DNA of 64,000 bases from Phoronis australis (lineage: Eukaryota > Animalia > Phoronida), in contig NMRA01000246.1 of assembly GCA_002633005.1 (NCBI GenBank), positions 301,856 to 365,855 of the forward strand. The letters are read 5' to 3'. Below, one piece after another: positions 14,101 through 24,900 of the stretch. Each line of letters opens with the position of its first letter. Position 1 is the stretch's first letter. The position numbers and the translations under genes are program-made. A model generated the notes under the pieces. That model did not search any database, was not told the origin of the DNA, and was given only the letters and a program-made list of their open reading frames with translations.

Positions 14101-17100
14101 AATAATTTTTACATGTAACGAAGTTGCTATTTCACTGAGTGAAATTAGTACATTTCAGTGAAAACTACCATTTCCACTACACCAGTAGCTATGACTTCCC
14201 CGACTTCAACACCCGCTGTCTGCACAGAAAGCGATCTCGGATGTGTTTCAAAAGGAGGCAAACCCTGCATTCCGAAATTCTGGGTATGCGATGGTGTAGA
14301 AGACTGCATAGACGGATTGGATGAAAGAAATTGCGGTAATCGTCACATACATCAAGCAAATTCGTATTTCATTTGTAAAGCTTGAGAGTCAAATTTGCTC
14401 CACATACTCAAGAGTACTTCATTTTTAAACGAGGCATAACCGTTCAGTTTAGAAAGTACATGTACAACAAATGTATTGAGGGGCGCGCAATATTTGACGG
14501 GATACAACTGAGCGGTTTCTCTCGTTGCTTAGATCCAGTGGGATGTGGAATACCTGTTATTCGCCCCAAAAGCGGCAGACTCCGCATTGTGAATGGAAGT
14601 GTAGCTATACCAGGAAGCTGGCCATGGTTGGCAACGTTAAGGCTGAATGTTCCCAACCGTGGACACACGTGTGGTGCCACATTGATTCACCCCCAGTGGC
14701 TGTTGACAGCGTCTCATTGCTTTGGAGGGTACGTTTGCATTAAAACACTTCACTTAAGCTAGCTTGCATGTGTTTTATCTAGAAATAAGACTGACGCCCA
14801 TACATTGGAAGCAGAAATAATGTGTGGAATGACATGTTTTCTTTGATTCTTTCTTGAACTGTGTCTGAAACACAACGTTACCACAGACGCGAACTTTGCT
14901 TGTTTACTTTTGCCATCTTTTATCGCATTGTGAAAAAATGACTAAATAAATGCATGGATTTAAGAGCAATTTGGCGAGTTGAGCATTTGATTTGGCTAAT
15001 TATTTCTTTCAGGAGATTTTTTCAACCATGGCGATGGACCATACATTTGGGGAAGTCTTCAAAAGACAAGACTGGCCTATTTGAACAAATCGAAAAGCCA
15101 GAAAAAATTATCACCCACAATGGCTATGACCCACTGAGCAACATCCATGACATAGCATTAGTGAAACTGTCTTCTCCGGCCCGAATCAACGCGAGAGTTT
15201 CGCTTGCCTGTCTGCCAAATGCCTCGGCCGAAGTTTCGGGAGGTACTTATTGTTACGTTACCGGATATGGTTCAACCAGAGGTAAAACACTGCGTTATCT
15301 TTCTATAATTCTGATTCTAGAAGCTGGTAAATTTGATATGTTTATGTATGTTATCAAAGGAATCGAAATGTATCACCAAAACACCGGTAAATATCTTGCC
15401 GACTTCCAATCTGGTGGACTTTGTAGGAATGTCATCTTGTGTTATTTGCCTTGCAAAACTGTTTGCATCAGAATGGGATCGTCCAAGTTTTCAACATCGT
15501 CGGGTCAATAATAAATACTGTGTGACTTTGCTGTAGCAAGGAGAGAGGGTGTCTCTTGTTTTCCTTTTGCGATGTCACTAAGGAAATCGTTTCTCCCAGT
15601 TTGACGCCAAACCAGTTTTGTCACATGATATCGCACCATTAATGCCTTGCTCTAGGATAAAAGTATTCTTACTTCAGCTAAAACTCATCCCTGTTGCGTC
15701 ACAGAGTGTAATATCCTATGATTTGAGGTGTGCGACCTCTCTCCATAACCGTGGACTACCTTGTCCAATATCTATATAAGTTTGTCTTGTTTTCAGAATG
15801 AGCAAGCCTTGAAATTAAATGAGTTTTCAACTTTCTTCCAAACGTTTCAGGGTTCACTGGCGACAGTAATAATTATTATGTTACAAAGACTTGAGTGATT
15901 TACTCGTACTAAAGTATCTGTTAAAGCTACATTTGGCTCTGCTTAGCTGGCTGAAAACAAAAATGGAATTTAGTAAAAAGCCTCATTCAATTTCTGGGCG
16001 AAACGCATCTTTAATAGAGTTAAATAGGACTTATAGTGGCTGTAAGCTACGATATCAATGACCGACCGAGTAAATAAATCCTATTTACCTAAAATCACCT
16101 CATTTTCTAACAGGTACGGGAGGAGAAGGGTACCTGAAACAGGCTTACCTACCTGTAGTCAGCCAGCATGTATGTAACGACACCGAACATTACAATGGAC
16201 GAATTCACAGTCACATGCTGTGTGCTGGGTTCACTGAAGGAATGGTGGACTCCTGCCAAGTAAGACAAAGTGACAACATGTGCACAGTAGTTTAACATGT
16301 ACATGTACATTTGGTGGCTTAACGTAACTAGTTGTTTTTATTTTCACACATTCTATTATCATCTCGTGAAAAAAGCCAGTAGAATCATTAAAAACGTCAA
16401 TGGAAGTATAATTGTAAATGCAGATGCACTGAAAACTTTAAAGTGCTTAAAACAACCATTTACTTTGTTTTGACATCATTAAACCTTCATTTCTAGGACT
16501 GTTTATCCCAGCCAAGCATTCAATATCCGAAAACCGTAGAAAATAGAAGAAAAGCGACTTCAGTTGAAAATGTCTTTGTTTCACGGGCATGAATGTGACG
16601 TATGAACGTGCCTAGCGCCATTGGGTCATGTCTTGTCATGCTCTTTTTAAGAAATTTGCATTTGTCGGACTTGCGAATGTCCAACGCCACCTAATTGTCT
16701 TCGATGAGCGTGCAAGTAATAGACAAACATGTCTTGATAGAGTTAAAAAGATCACCATCTTGCTCCATTTTCGACCTGGAAACAAAAATTTTATGGCCTG
16801 TGACACCATGTTTTGATTTCCACATAAACATGGCATATTTTCCCATTAAGGTCGGCCTGGTGTTATATGGCCACATTGTTTGACAATTTGAAAATTAAAT
16901 TTCCTGCAGTAACTTATACTGAAGAGATGTCTTTTCGGATGGTTTATAGGTTTCAACACGGATAACTTTTTTGTATGATACTTTTGTTTTGCTCTAGGGC
17001 GACAGCGGAGGACCTTTTGTATGCAGAGAAAGTGGCAGGTTCTTTCTTACCGGAATTGCATCATTCGGTGACGGCTGCGCCAGTGCCTACAAGCCCGGTG

Positions 17101-17180
17101 TATATACAAAGGTTGCGGACTATCTAGCGTGGATTCGCAATAATGCTGAAAATATTACAAATGCGATGTTTCATAATTAA
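8187..17180 (+). CDS. Gene 1: secreted modular trypsin-like serine protease, SP-LDLa-CUB-LDLa-CUB-(S/T linker)-LDLa-trypsin, ~698 aa, 14 exons
   Basis: Exons: 8187-8268 ([21 protein letters not shown] signal), 9692-9865 (LDLa; weak acceptor), 10279-10468, 10653-10704, 10944-11070 (CUB1), 11419-11541 (LDLa), 11888-12024, 12295-12406, 13362-13490 or its duplicate 13801-13929 (CUB2), 14159-14335 (LDLa), 14533-14728 (CG..RLR|IVNG, TASHC), 15013-15281 (HDIAL), 16114-16259 (VDSCQ), 16998-17180 (GDSGGP..TAA). All junctions are GT-AG, phases are compatible and the total of 2097 nt is in frame. Confidence 0.88.
8749..9611. mobile_element. MITE in gene 1 intron 1
   Basis: Imperfect terminal inverted repeats of ~75 bp. 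Left end: agctgtacgttggcccaaaaatgacatcctgcgtttcatctttaattatctcag. Reverse complement of right end: agccgtacggtagcgcgaagatgatatcccttgtttcttttttaattatctcag. Subterminal gagatcccgac-taattat repeats at 8790-8900. Confidence 0.7.
13258..14134. other. 438-bp tandem duplication separated by a single N (13696), containing a CUB2 exon twice; probable haplotype-overlap assembly artefact
   Basis: 13258-13695 and 13697-14134 are identical except two substitutions seen (ggaat/ggaac; gatcac/gatcat). Confidence 0.85.
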
Positions 17181-17282
17181 CATATCGTTTGAAGGAGACG
17201 AGAGATCAAATGCACAATATCATCATGTGTGGACATGTCTTTTTACCAAGCAAAACTTTGTATATGATGTTAACGGAAAATA

Positions 17283-18415
17283 TACATGTACTGAACACCG
17301 CTAATTGTCGGTGCACTGGTACCGAATGTTTCTGTAAGTTGGCGCCCTCAAGTTGCACTTAACACCGCCGTAAGGGCGCCACAGCAATAAGACATGTCTG
17401 AAAATCGTCTTCCGGAATGCCCTTTCTACGTATGACAACTGCCATAGCGATACTTTCAGTCGTCTTGGTCGGTAGGCCCGGAGGCTGATATCAAAAAAAC
17501 CAGAATTGAAAAAAAATGGCCACTGGGAACTGAGGTACAGAGGAAACAGTAAAAAAACTGATATTGCCACTCCTGTGGAGCCCAGCGGTACTTGAGCAAG
17601 TCTGAAAGTTGTCGTCATCCTCTGCTACGTTCGAAAATGCATAACATCACGAAGATTCTGCAAGGAATATTATCATGAAAAATAGCTGCAAAATTACAAA
17701 GTTGACACTAGGGTGCGCCCCAGCAGTAAAAATTGTCGTCAGCCATGTTCTCCTCAACAGGAGCACAATTATCCCAATTTTCATAATGATCCTGTGAGTA
17801 GTTTGGCCAATAGAGAGGCAAACTCTAAAACTAATTCAAAAATAATTTATATGGCCACTCGGTGGCTTACATTAGATCAATTCCATCCCGAAATGGAACG
17901 AAATCTTCGTATCTTTACCTGTAATTGAAGCCAACGTTCATGAAAATCTGTCCAGTAATATTCAGAGTGAAACTCCAAAAACTAAAATTGCAGTTAATGT
18001 GCAGAATGTTAGTCGGGTCTGTTTGACAGTCGTCGAAAGTTGGTGTGTTCCTTCACTAGTAATGCACTTGCCATTCAAAATTCACAAACATCTTGCAAAA
18101 AGTTTAGGAAATACAACCGCAGCCGCAAAAACAGAACTACCGTTAGGGAGCGCCACTGTGACTGTAATTGTAGCGCATGGAAGTGGAACCTGGTCCTTGC
18201 ATTCCTCCCCGTTCCCCGCGCTTCAGATAGATTTTGTAATTTTTATAGACGTTTTGTTCATTATGCGTCTATGTATTGTAATGTGGACCGGACGCCTTCC
18301 GGGATGTCTGGTTCAACGTAAATACCATGATACAGCATAGAATCAAACGTCAGAGAAAACCTGCAGAAACTCTCGGTACCAGTGCACCGGCAATTAGTGG
18401 TGCTCAGTACATGTA
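17283..18415. mobile_element. ~1.1-kb MITE just downstream of gene 1, bounded by TACATGTA on both sides
   Basis: ~55-bp terminal inverted repeats. Left: tacatgtactgaacaccgctaattgtcggtgcactggtaccgaatgtttctgtaagtt. Right, reverse complement: tacatgtactgagcaccactaattgccggtgcactggtaccgagagtttctgcaggtt. Confidence 0.85.
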
Positions 18416-19269
18416 TTTACCGGCTGGCCCAATGTCGGCCAAATTCCTTGATGGATGTTCTTTACGTTTGCATGTAATTGGATTGATAAGAGTATAACTG
18501 AAGTGGATTTTTGGTAAACCCGACTAGAGTGGAGTAACTGAAATTTTCTTTGCTGTTGCCTTCACATTTACTAAGTTCCTTGATGAATGTTCATGAAATT
18601 GGCAACGTAGGTGGCAGCACCTGCCCTGGTTCAGACGAATTTTACGTTGTGCCCATTAGTGTCTTTTTAATTTTTGTGTCTGTTATTCGCCGTACGTCTC
18701 CCTATCGTCCAAACTACATTGCTGACTTGCTTTACATCGCAGAGTCCATTTTAAGAATTGTAATGAACAACCCTTGTCTCTACCCGATCATGCGATAGCC
18801 TACTCACGGTTCCTCTAAAGTCAGCTTCGTCATCTAAAGTAAATATATCCAATGGGTGCCCCAACATTTTGAATTTACCGTGGAATTATCGATTCATCCT
18901 ACACACACAGATTTGTAGAGACAGAGACACAATATGCGTGGCAAGGAGGTAACCAATCAAACACATTTAACCCCACCGCGTAGGATACTTCACTTGCGAT
19001 TGGAGTTCGCTGAAAAGCCTTGTCATCACTATACTTCACATGTATACATGTATTACAACCAACAAAAAACAAACACGTACCATAAAACTGGGAAATTCTA
19101 CTAATCATCGAAAAGGCGTTCGCTAATCAATCACCCATTCTTCCAATGATCTCACACACAAATATTAACTTTGGGTTGATAGACTGTGAAATTTTCCAAA
19201 CCCGGTGTTATCCTACGTGTATTAACGACTTTCTCGTGCAGTTCTCTGAAACAAAATGATGATCTGTGA

Positions 19270-19430
19270 CCCTCGATAACACTTAAAAGTTCTTAGCAAA
19301 TTTGAAAACACATTACAAAATCTGCTAAACAGGCAAGCGTGACCTACGTGTAGACGAAATGCACAACTGTTGTAAGGAAAAACCACCCAACGAGAACTAT
19401 GATGATGTTCAATTTGTGACAGAGTATAAG
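19270..19430 (+). repeat. Dispersed repeat family A, copy 2
   Basis: agcaaatttgaaaacacattacaaaatctgctaaacaggcaagcgtgac aligns by eye with 1149-1198. Confidence 0.6.
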
Positions 19431-19513
19431 ATTTTAGTTACTTTTCAAAAATAGTTATTTCCAAGTTTCCCTCCAAATGATGTAATGGGTGGAAGACGTC
19501 TGGTCTCTTGAAA

Positions 19514-19780
19514 ATGGCGGAACACAGCAGATCAGAAGACGAGGTCGATTTTGAGCAAGAACTGGACACGCATTATTTAGACGTCAGAGAGGAGAGTGGA
19601 TACGCGCATTACACTCAAGTACTTGAAGAATCCGACCATGAATTCGATTTCCCACTAGGCGAACTTCCGTCGGCTCTGAGGCCGTATGAAGTCGACCCAC
19701 TTGCACGAGAAATGCTGCAGACATAGGTGAGCCACAACCGACTGAACCAGAAGTTGGTCAACATTCACAAAATATACACG
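19514..19780 (+). pseudogene. Frameshifted acidic N-terminus resembling Kolobok KolX / P2X7-ballast-like proteins
   Basis: MAEHSRSEDEVDFEQELD..LRPYEVDPLA has an acidic leader plus a PYxxxP motif recalled from this family. It continues in another frame (NAADIGEPQPTEPEVGQ), and the Cys-rich core is absent. Confidence 0.4.
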
Positions 19781-19954
19781 TAATAATCACTGACAAAGGC
19801 CAAAGTAAACCTGGGTCACTATTGCCATGATGGGATGATCTTAAGGTATAAGCCTTCATGTACGTATCGTAGCACCCGATCTGGGCCGGTGTCGAGGGCC
19901 TGGCATCACTCGCTCTAGAATGGAAGCAGTTTGTTATATATAAACTTTGCAAAA

Positions 19955-20240
19955 TACACTTTCAGTGTGTGGAGTGCTTCATCGTAACGCCACCTTTGTT
20001 TTTTTTTGGTCGAAACACGATTCCTCAAAATGTGTCAAACAAACTATGGCTCCCATCTTTATCGCGTGTGATTCCACACTATCATGCGGCGCACAAACCA
20101 AAGTCATGTCTGTGCAATTTTCACGAATATAGGGAATTTGAACACAGAGGCTTCTTCAGTCAAGTTGCTGTTACTACACTCTCGTATCTCAGTATCGCAC
20201 TGGTAAAAACAACAACTGCGGAGACGGCCTTCCACCCATT
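19955..20240 (-). pseudogene. Decayed THAP zinc-finger (transposase N-terminus) remnant
   Basis: Across stops and frameshifts the minus strand reads CC..ECSNSNLTEEASVFKFPIFVKIAQT*LWFVRRMIVWN..IVCLTHFEESCF..YDEALHTL, matching the THAP pattern C..C/FP/W/VCxxHF/AVPT. Confidence 0.65.
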
Positions 20241-21902
20241 AGGTACAGCACCGATAACAGAATATTATCCTTTTTCAACTTTGGCTTGTTTCTTAGGAAC
20301 AGGTATATTAAAGGGAATTACATTTGTAAATCTCTTGAGATGTATCAATAAAGTTCTCTTTAAGACACAGGGTCATGGTGGGAACTCTTTAGGAGTTCAC
20401 TAAGTGCAATCCATGCTTCCTTGTGTTTACTCTCGACTTGGAAAGTTGCCCTGGTGATACTTGCTTGAATAAGGAAACAAAAGTATCACGTAAAACCTAC
20501 ATGTATGTTGTTTGCAATGCCTTTTAAGTATTATTTGTTATTTTCGTCCATTTTTTGTTTTCAAATACCGCGTGTCATTTTTGTTGAACGTCTCGTCCAG
20601 GTATTTTTATAGTTATTTCGCCGTACACAAATGTGTTGGTGATAATACACGCAACGTGTCTTCATTACCTTTCCTCAATTTCACATCTACAGACCTATTC
20701 ATGAATGTAAGTTTCACGTGTTTAGTTGTAGTGAACAAAGTCCTCAATCAAACTATCTTGATGCTATTCCCATCAAAGCAGAGCGTGGAGTTGATTGCCG
20801 TGCGAACAGATTCTAGAAAAGAGAAAGCGCAGCGACCTTGGCATGTAGAATACAACAGCTTCTGCAAAACACGTCTCACACTGTGCTGTCTTCAGGCAAA
20901 TGGTGTCTAATACGCTCCTTTTTAATCGTATCTGACCCTGTATTGTACGCAAATCTTCCAATAACGTTCGACCGGGTACATTGAGGAGTAGTGTTTGGAG
21001 GCAGAAAAGTTCAATGTCCTTCGCCCAATAAAATTCTTGCTCCTCTTTTTCTGTTATGAAGATGACTTTTTGGACCAGTAATCGAGATTTTTAAATAATT
21101 ATTCACAAAAAGTTATTTCGAAACTGGAGTTGTTTTTGTAGTAACCGGTACGTGTTAAAGAGAAATGAAAAACAACGATCAAGTACACCGCTGTCTATGA
21201 GTATGCATGTACTGTATTCTCGGAGACTGGACTTTTGCTCAAGTGAGATTCAATTGTTCTTCAAAGGCAGATGTTTGGAACGCACGGCAAAGCTTCTCAT
21301 TTTTTCAAGAAACACATCCCACGCTCATAAACTTAGCCATGACCAGAAATGTATGAGCTTGCTGTAAAAATGAACAAACTGCCCGTTCTTTCCCAGCACT
21401 GACTTCGTAACCATAACAACAAATTTATAACGGTAAAAGGTGCCTAAACCAAAAACTGTTTCTTTGAGAAAACGTGCCTGCCTAATATCGCTTTAAATAT
21501 AATTGACAACACAAATAGGGGCGTGTTTCCACCTTGTACAGGAACGGACAGGACCATATGGATTTGCTAAATGCCATTCAAGATAGCTACCTGTTTTGTT
21601 TCCCAAAACACCTGCGGATAGTGAGTACACGTTTGGATTCTTTTTCAAAGTACTTTCTATGAGGAACGATCGATCAAAAATTTGTTATCAATAGATTTGA
21701 TATGGACTAATCTTGGCTCAGTCACTCAGTTCACGTAACCTCCATTGACGTTATACATTATCACACGAGACTTCGCACTCAAAATTCAGCAAAAGGTTAC
21801 CAATAAACTGGATTCCACACGACTCTCCTAGTTACAATCATAGTCCAGAAAGATAAAGCATACTATCCAATATACCCCGGATGTGTCAATACCAAATATA
21901 CG

Positions 21903-24900
21903 ATGGAAGGGATAGCCGTGTCCCTGATTTATGTTTCGATACTTGCCTCTATGGTGGGTTTTAGTCAAGGAGAGGGTAAGTTTAGTTCTTCTAGTACTGC
22001 TCTTATTGTAAAAAGTAGATTAACAATTGAATCTAACGTTCTATTCTAGTTTCATAGACGGTTGTAATATCCAGTTAGGTAAATACGTTTAAAGAAAAAG
22101 ACGAACCGATTTCTTCAGACTGCTTTGCTACTAGAAGAAAAGGTTAACAAGGCTTTGAGTTCTTAAAAAGAAAAATGAACTGTTTTTTCGCCACTGGTGT
22201 ATTCTGAAAAGTTGATGTTGCAGTTGCTGTTTTAGAGGTTATTAGAGACTTGATGGCTGCTACAGCTGTTACAACTGGTTGTCGTTGGTGATACTGCTTA
22301 AATTACAAAACTGAGTTGTCATATTTTGCAATTTCTATGGCGTTACAGCCACTCTTTTCATGTAAAAAAAGTTCAACATTTTAGCACAGTAACCCCTGTT
22401 TTGTTGTTTTGCTGTTGTTTGTGTTTTTGTTGCTGTTACTGTCGCTGCACGTTGCTGCAGTATTGTTGGCCATCTGTTGATGTGTTTGAGATATATCTGT
22501 ATTTGTGCATAATACAAACTATTTACAGATGTCAAAATTTGTGAACATACAAAGCAACACCTTACATGCAAAGAGGGTGAAGAGATTCACGTTCTGAAGG
22601 CAAATTGGGGAGGCCACAAAAACAAAGCAATCTGTAAAGCTCACAGCAACTGCAAGAAGATCGTTGATAAACTGTGGGCCGTGAAGAAGCTCTGTCAACG
22701 TAGACAAGTTTGTGAATTGAAACCTCATCACCGGCAATTAGGGGACAATTGCCCAGGCATTGTAAAATACCTTGCTGTTAGCTACATCTGCAAAAAAATT
22801 GGTAGGTAATGCAGGTACTGTAATCAGATGCGATTTTCTTTGTAATCTGCTCCACTACCGGTCAACTCTCGCACATTCTCTCGGTGTTTCGTGACTTCAC
22901 TGAAGCGCTCGCAAAAGGACTATTAATTCTGCGTTTTCTTTTAGTTCACCCACGTCTGTAAATGCAGTAACCAAACTCTTACTTATAAATATTAGCTTTT
23001 GTTTTACTGTACTAGTATTGTGCGTGGAGGGGATGTAATTTTGTCGATAACCCGTTGGTGTTCCGTAGTCAAGTGTCAGTTCACGTTTGCAGGTAGGCTT
23101 GGTGCGAAGCACAGGCCCTTGGGTGTATCTGTTCCCCGATCACCACTGACAAACTCACTGTAATAAAACAGTAATAAAACATAATGTTTGGACAGTAAGA
23201 ACCTGAATTCTCAGCATTTTCTACTCAAATATGCATGGACGTCTGCGAAATCAGCAGCCAACAAATCTCTGAGTACCCTCCTTTCACATGATTAGCCTAC
23301 GCCAAATCGAGTGGTGACATGACCAAAAAAATGTCAAAAACACCAAAACCTGAAATTCAAGGAGGCTATTTACACATTTTTCAAGGGAAAGTTTGGACGT
23401 ACTGGTTCTTGGTTGGTGGTCTTCCCTGCAGTTGCTTGCTCGTTTAGCAGACTTTGTAAGGAGTTTACAAATTTCGCTCCAAAATTTTGAGGGTTGTCTC
23501 AGATTAGCATTATTTTTTCAGAGAACTGGATGGAAAAGATGTGTTCAATATCTGTTAATAGGCAAAACTTTGTTTGGTATCCTTTTAAAATGAAACACAC
23601 GATACTCCATTTCTTGTAATTGAATTCGTTATTAAATGATAAAATGAGCAGCCGGGAGAAGTAAATCGCACGTTAGTGGATCGAAGTTTAATTTTACTCA
23701 GTTCTATTATTTCAAATTTGCTGGCTTTGCTATGAGCTTTGCCATGGCTTTGCTTGCTCAAACTCAAAGTTTTTTTCACCAACTGTGCAAGTTAAAGCAA
23801 CTATTTAGCCTCCTGGGAAATCAGAATTTTGAGTTTGTTTTCGAAATTCCTTCGCCAATTCAACACTCATAAGGACAATTTAATGGTATCAAGGAAATAT
23901 AAGACCGGGGGTTGATGCAATACCTGTTTAAGGGAGGCGCACACATATATTTGAATTTGGTGCAAGTGGAGTTGAAAGCTTAGTCTCGACTGTCACTGCC
24001 CGACGCCTATCCTCATTTCTACTTATTCATTCTCAATTATTATTAAAAAAGTTCCCACCCTTTAACCCTACATATTTTTCATTCTCATGATCTATGAAAA
24101 TTTGCTCTCTGTTTTTATTGTGAATTTTCAGTAGGTCTGTTACCTTAGCCTTGTGGGTTCATTGCCACTCACCTTTAGGCCTACCATGTAATCTAATATG
24201 TATTCCCTGTCGATACTAGTGAGCACATTGTCATTCACCTTTGTCATGTAACCTATTATGTATTCCATGTCGATATTAGTAGGCACATTGTCACCCACCC
24301 TTACCATGTGACCCATTATGTATTCCCTGTCGATATTAGTGAGCACATTGTCATTCACCTTTGTCATGTAACCTATTATGTGTTCCCTGTCGATATTGGT
24401 GAGCACATTGACACCCACGTTTGTCATGTAACCTATTGTGTGTTCCCTGTCGATATTAGTGAGCATATTGTCACCCACGTTTGTCATGTAACCTATTATG
24501 TATTCCCTGTCGATATTAGTGAGCACATTGTCACACACGTTTGTCATGTAACCTATTGTGTGTTCCCTGTCGATATTAATGAGCACATTGTCATTCACCT
24601 TTGTCATGTAACCTATTATGTATTCCATGTCGATATTAGTAGGCACATTGTCACCCACCCTTACCATGTGACCCATTATGTATTCCCTGTCGATATTAGT
24701 GAGCACATTGTCACACACGTTTGTCATGTAACCTATTGTGTGTTCCCTGTCGATATTAGTGAGCATATTGTCACCCACGTTTGTCATGTAACCTATTATG
24801 TATTCCTTGTCGATATTAGTGAGCACATTGTCACACACGTTTGTCATGTAACCTATTGTGTGTTCCCTGTCGATATTAGTGAGCACATTGTCACCCACGT

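Larger units (their letters stand above)
19440..21496. mobile_element. Internally deleted Kolobok-like DNA transposon remnant
   Basis: Convergent KolX-like and THAP remnants. Right end ..cctaatatcgctTTAA is compatible with a TTAA target site. Left end not found. Confidence 0.4.

Noticed and set aside
13258-14134. Tandem duplicated CUB exon suggesting mutually exclusive splicing
   Set aside because: The copies abut at a single N and differ by only two substitutions (one intronic, one synonymous), the signature of overlapping haplotype contig ends. Read depth or long reads would settle it.
15660-15760. Possible tRNA-derived SINE head on the minus strand
   Set aside because: No clear A/B boxes or cloverleaf, and no second copy recognised.
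21520-21900. GATA, E-box and TTTCCCA motifs near the gene 2 start (similar motifs near gene 4) hinting at exocrine gut regulation
   Set aside because: Short motifs are expected by chance in AT-rich DNA, and the spacing does not clearly match the PTF1 composite site.
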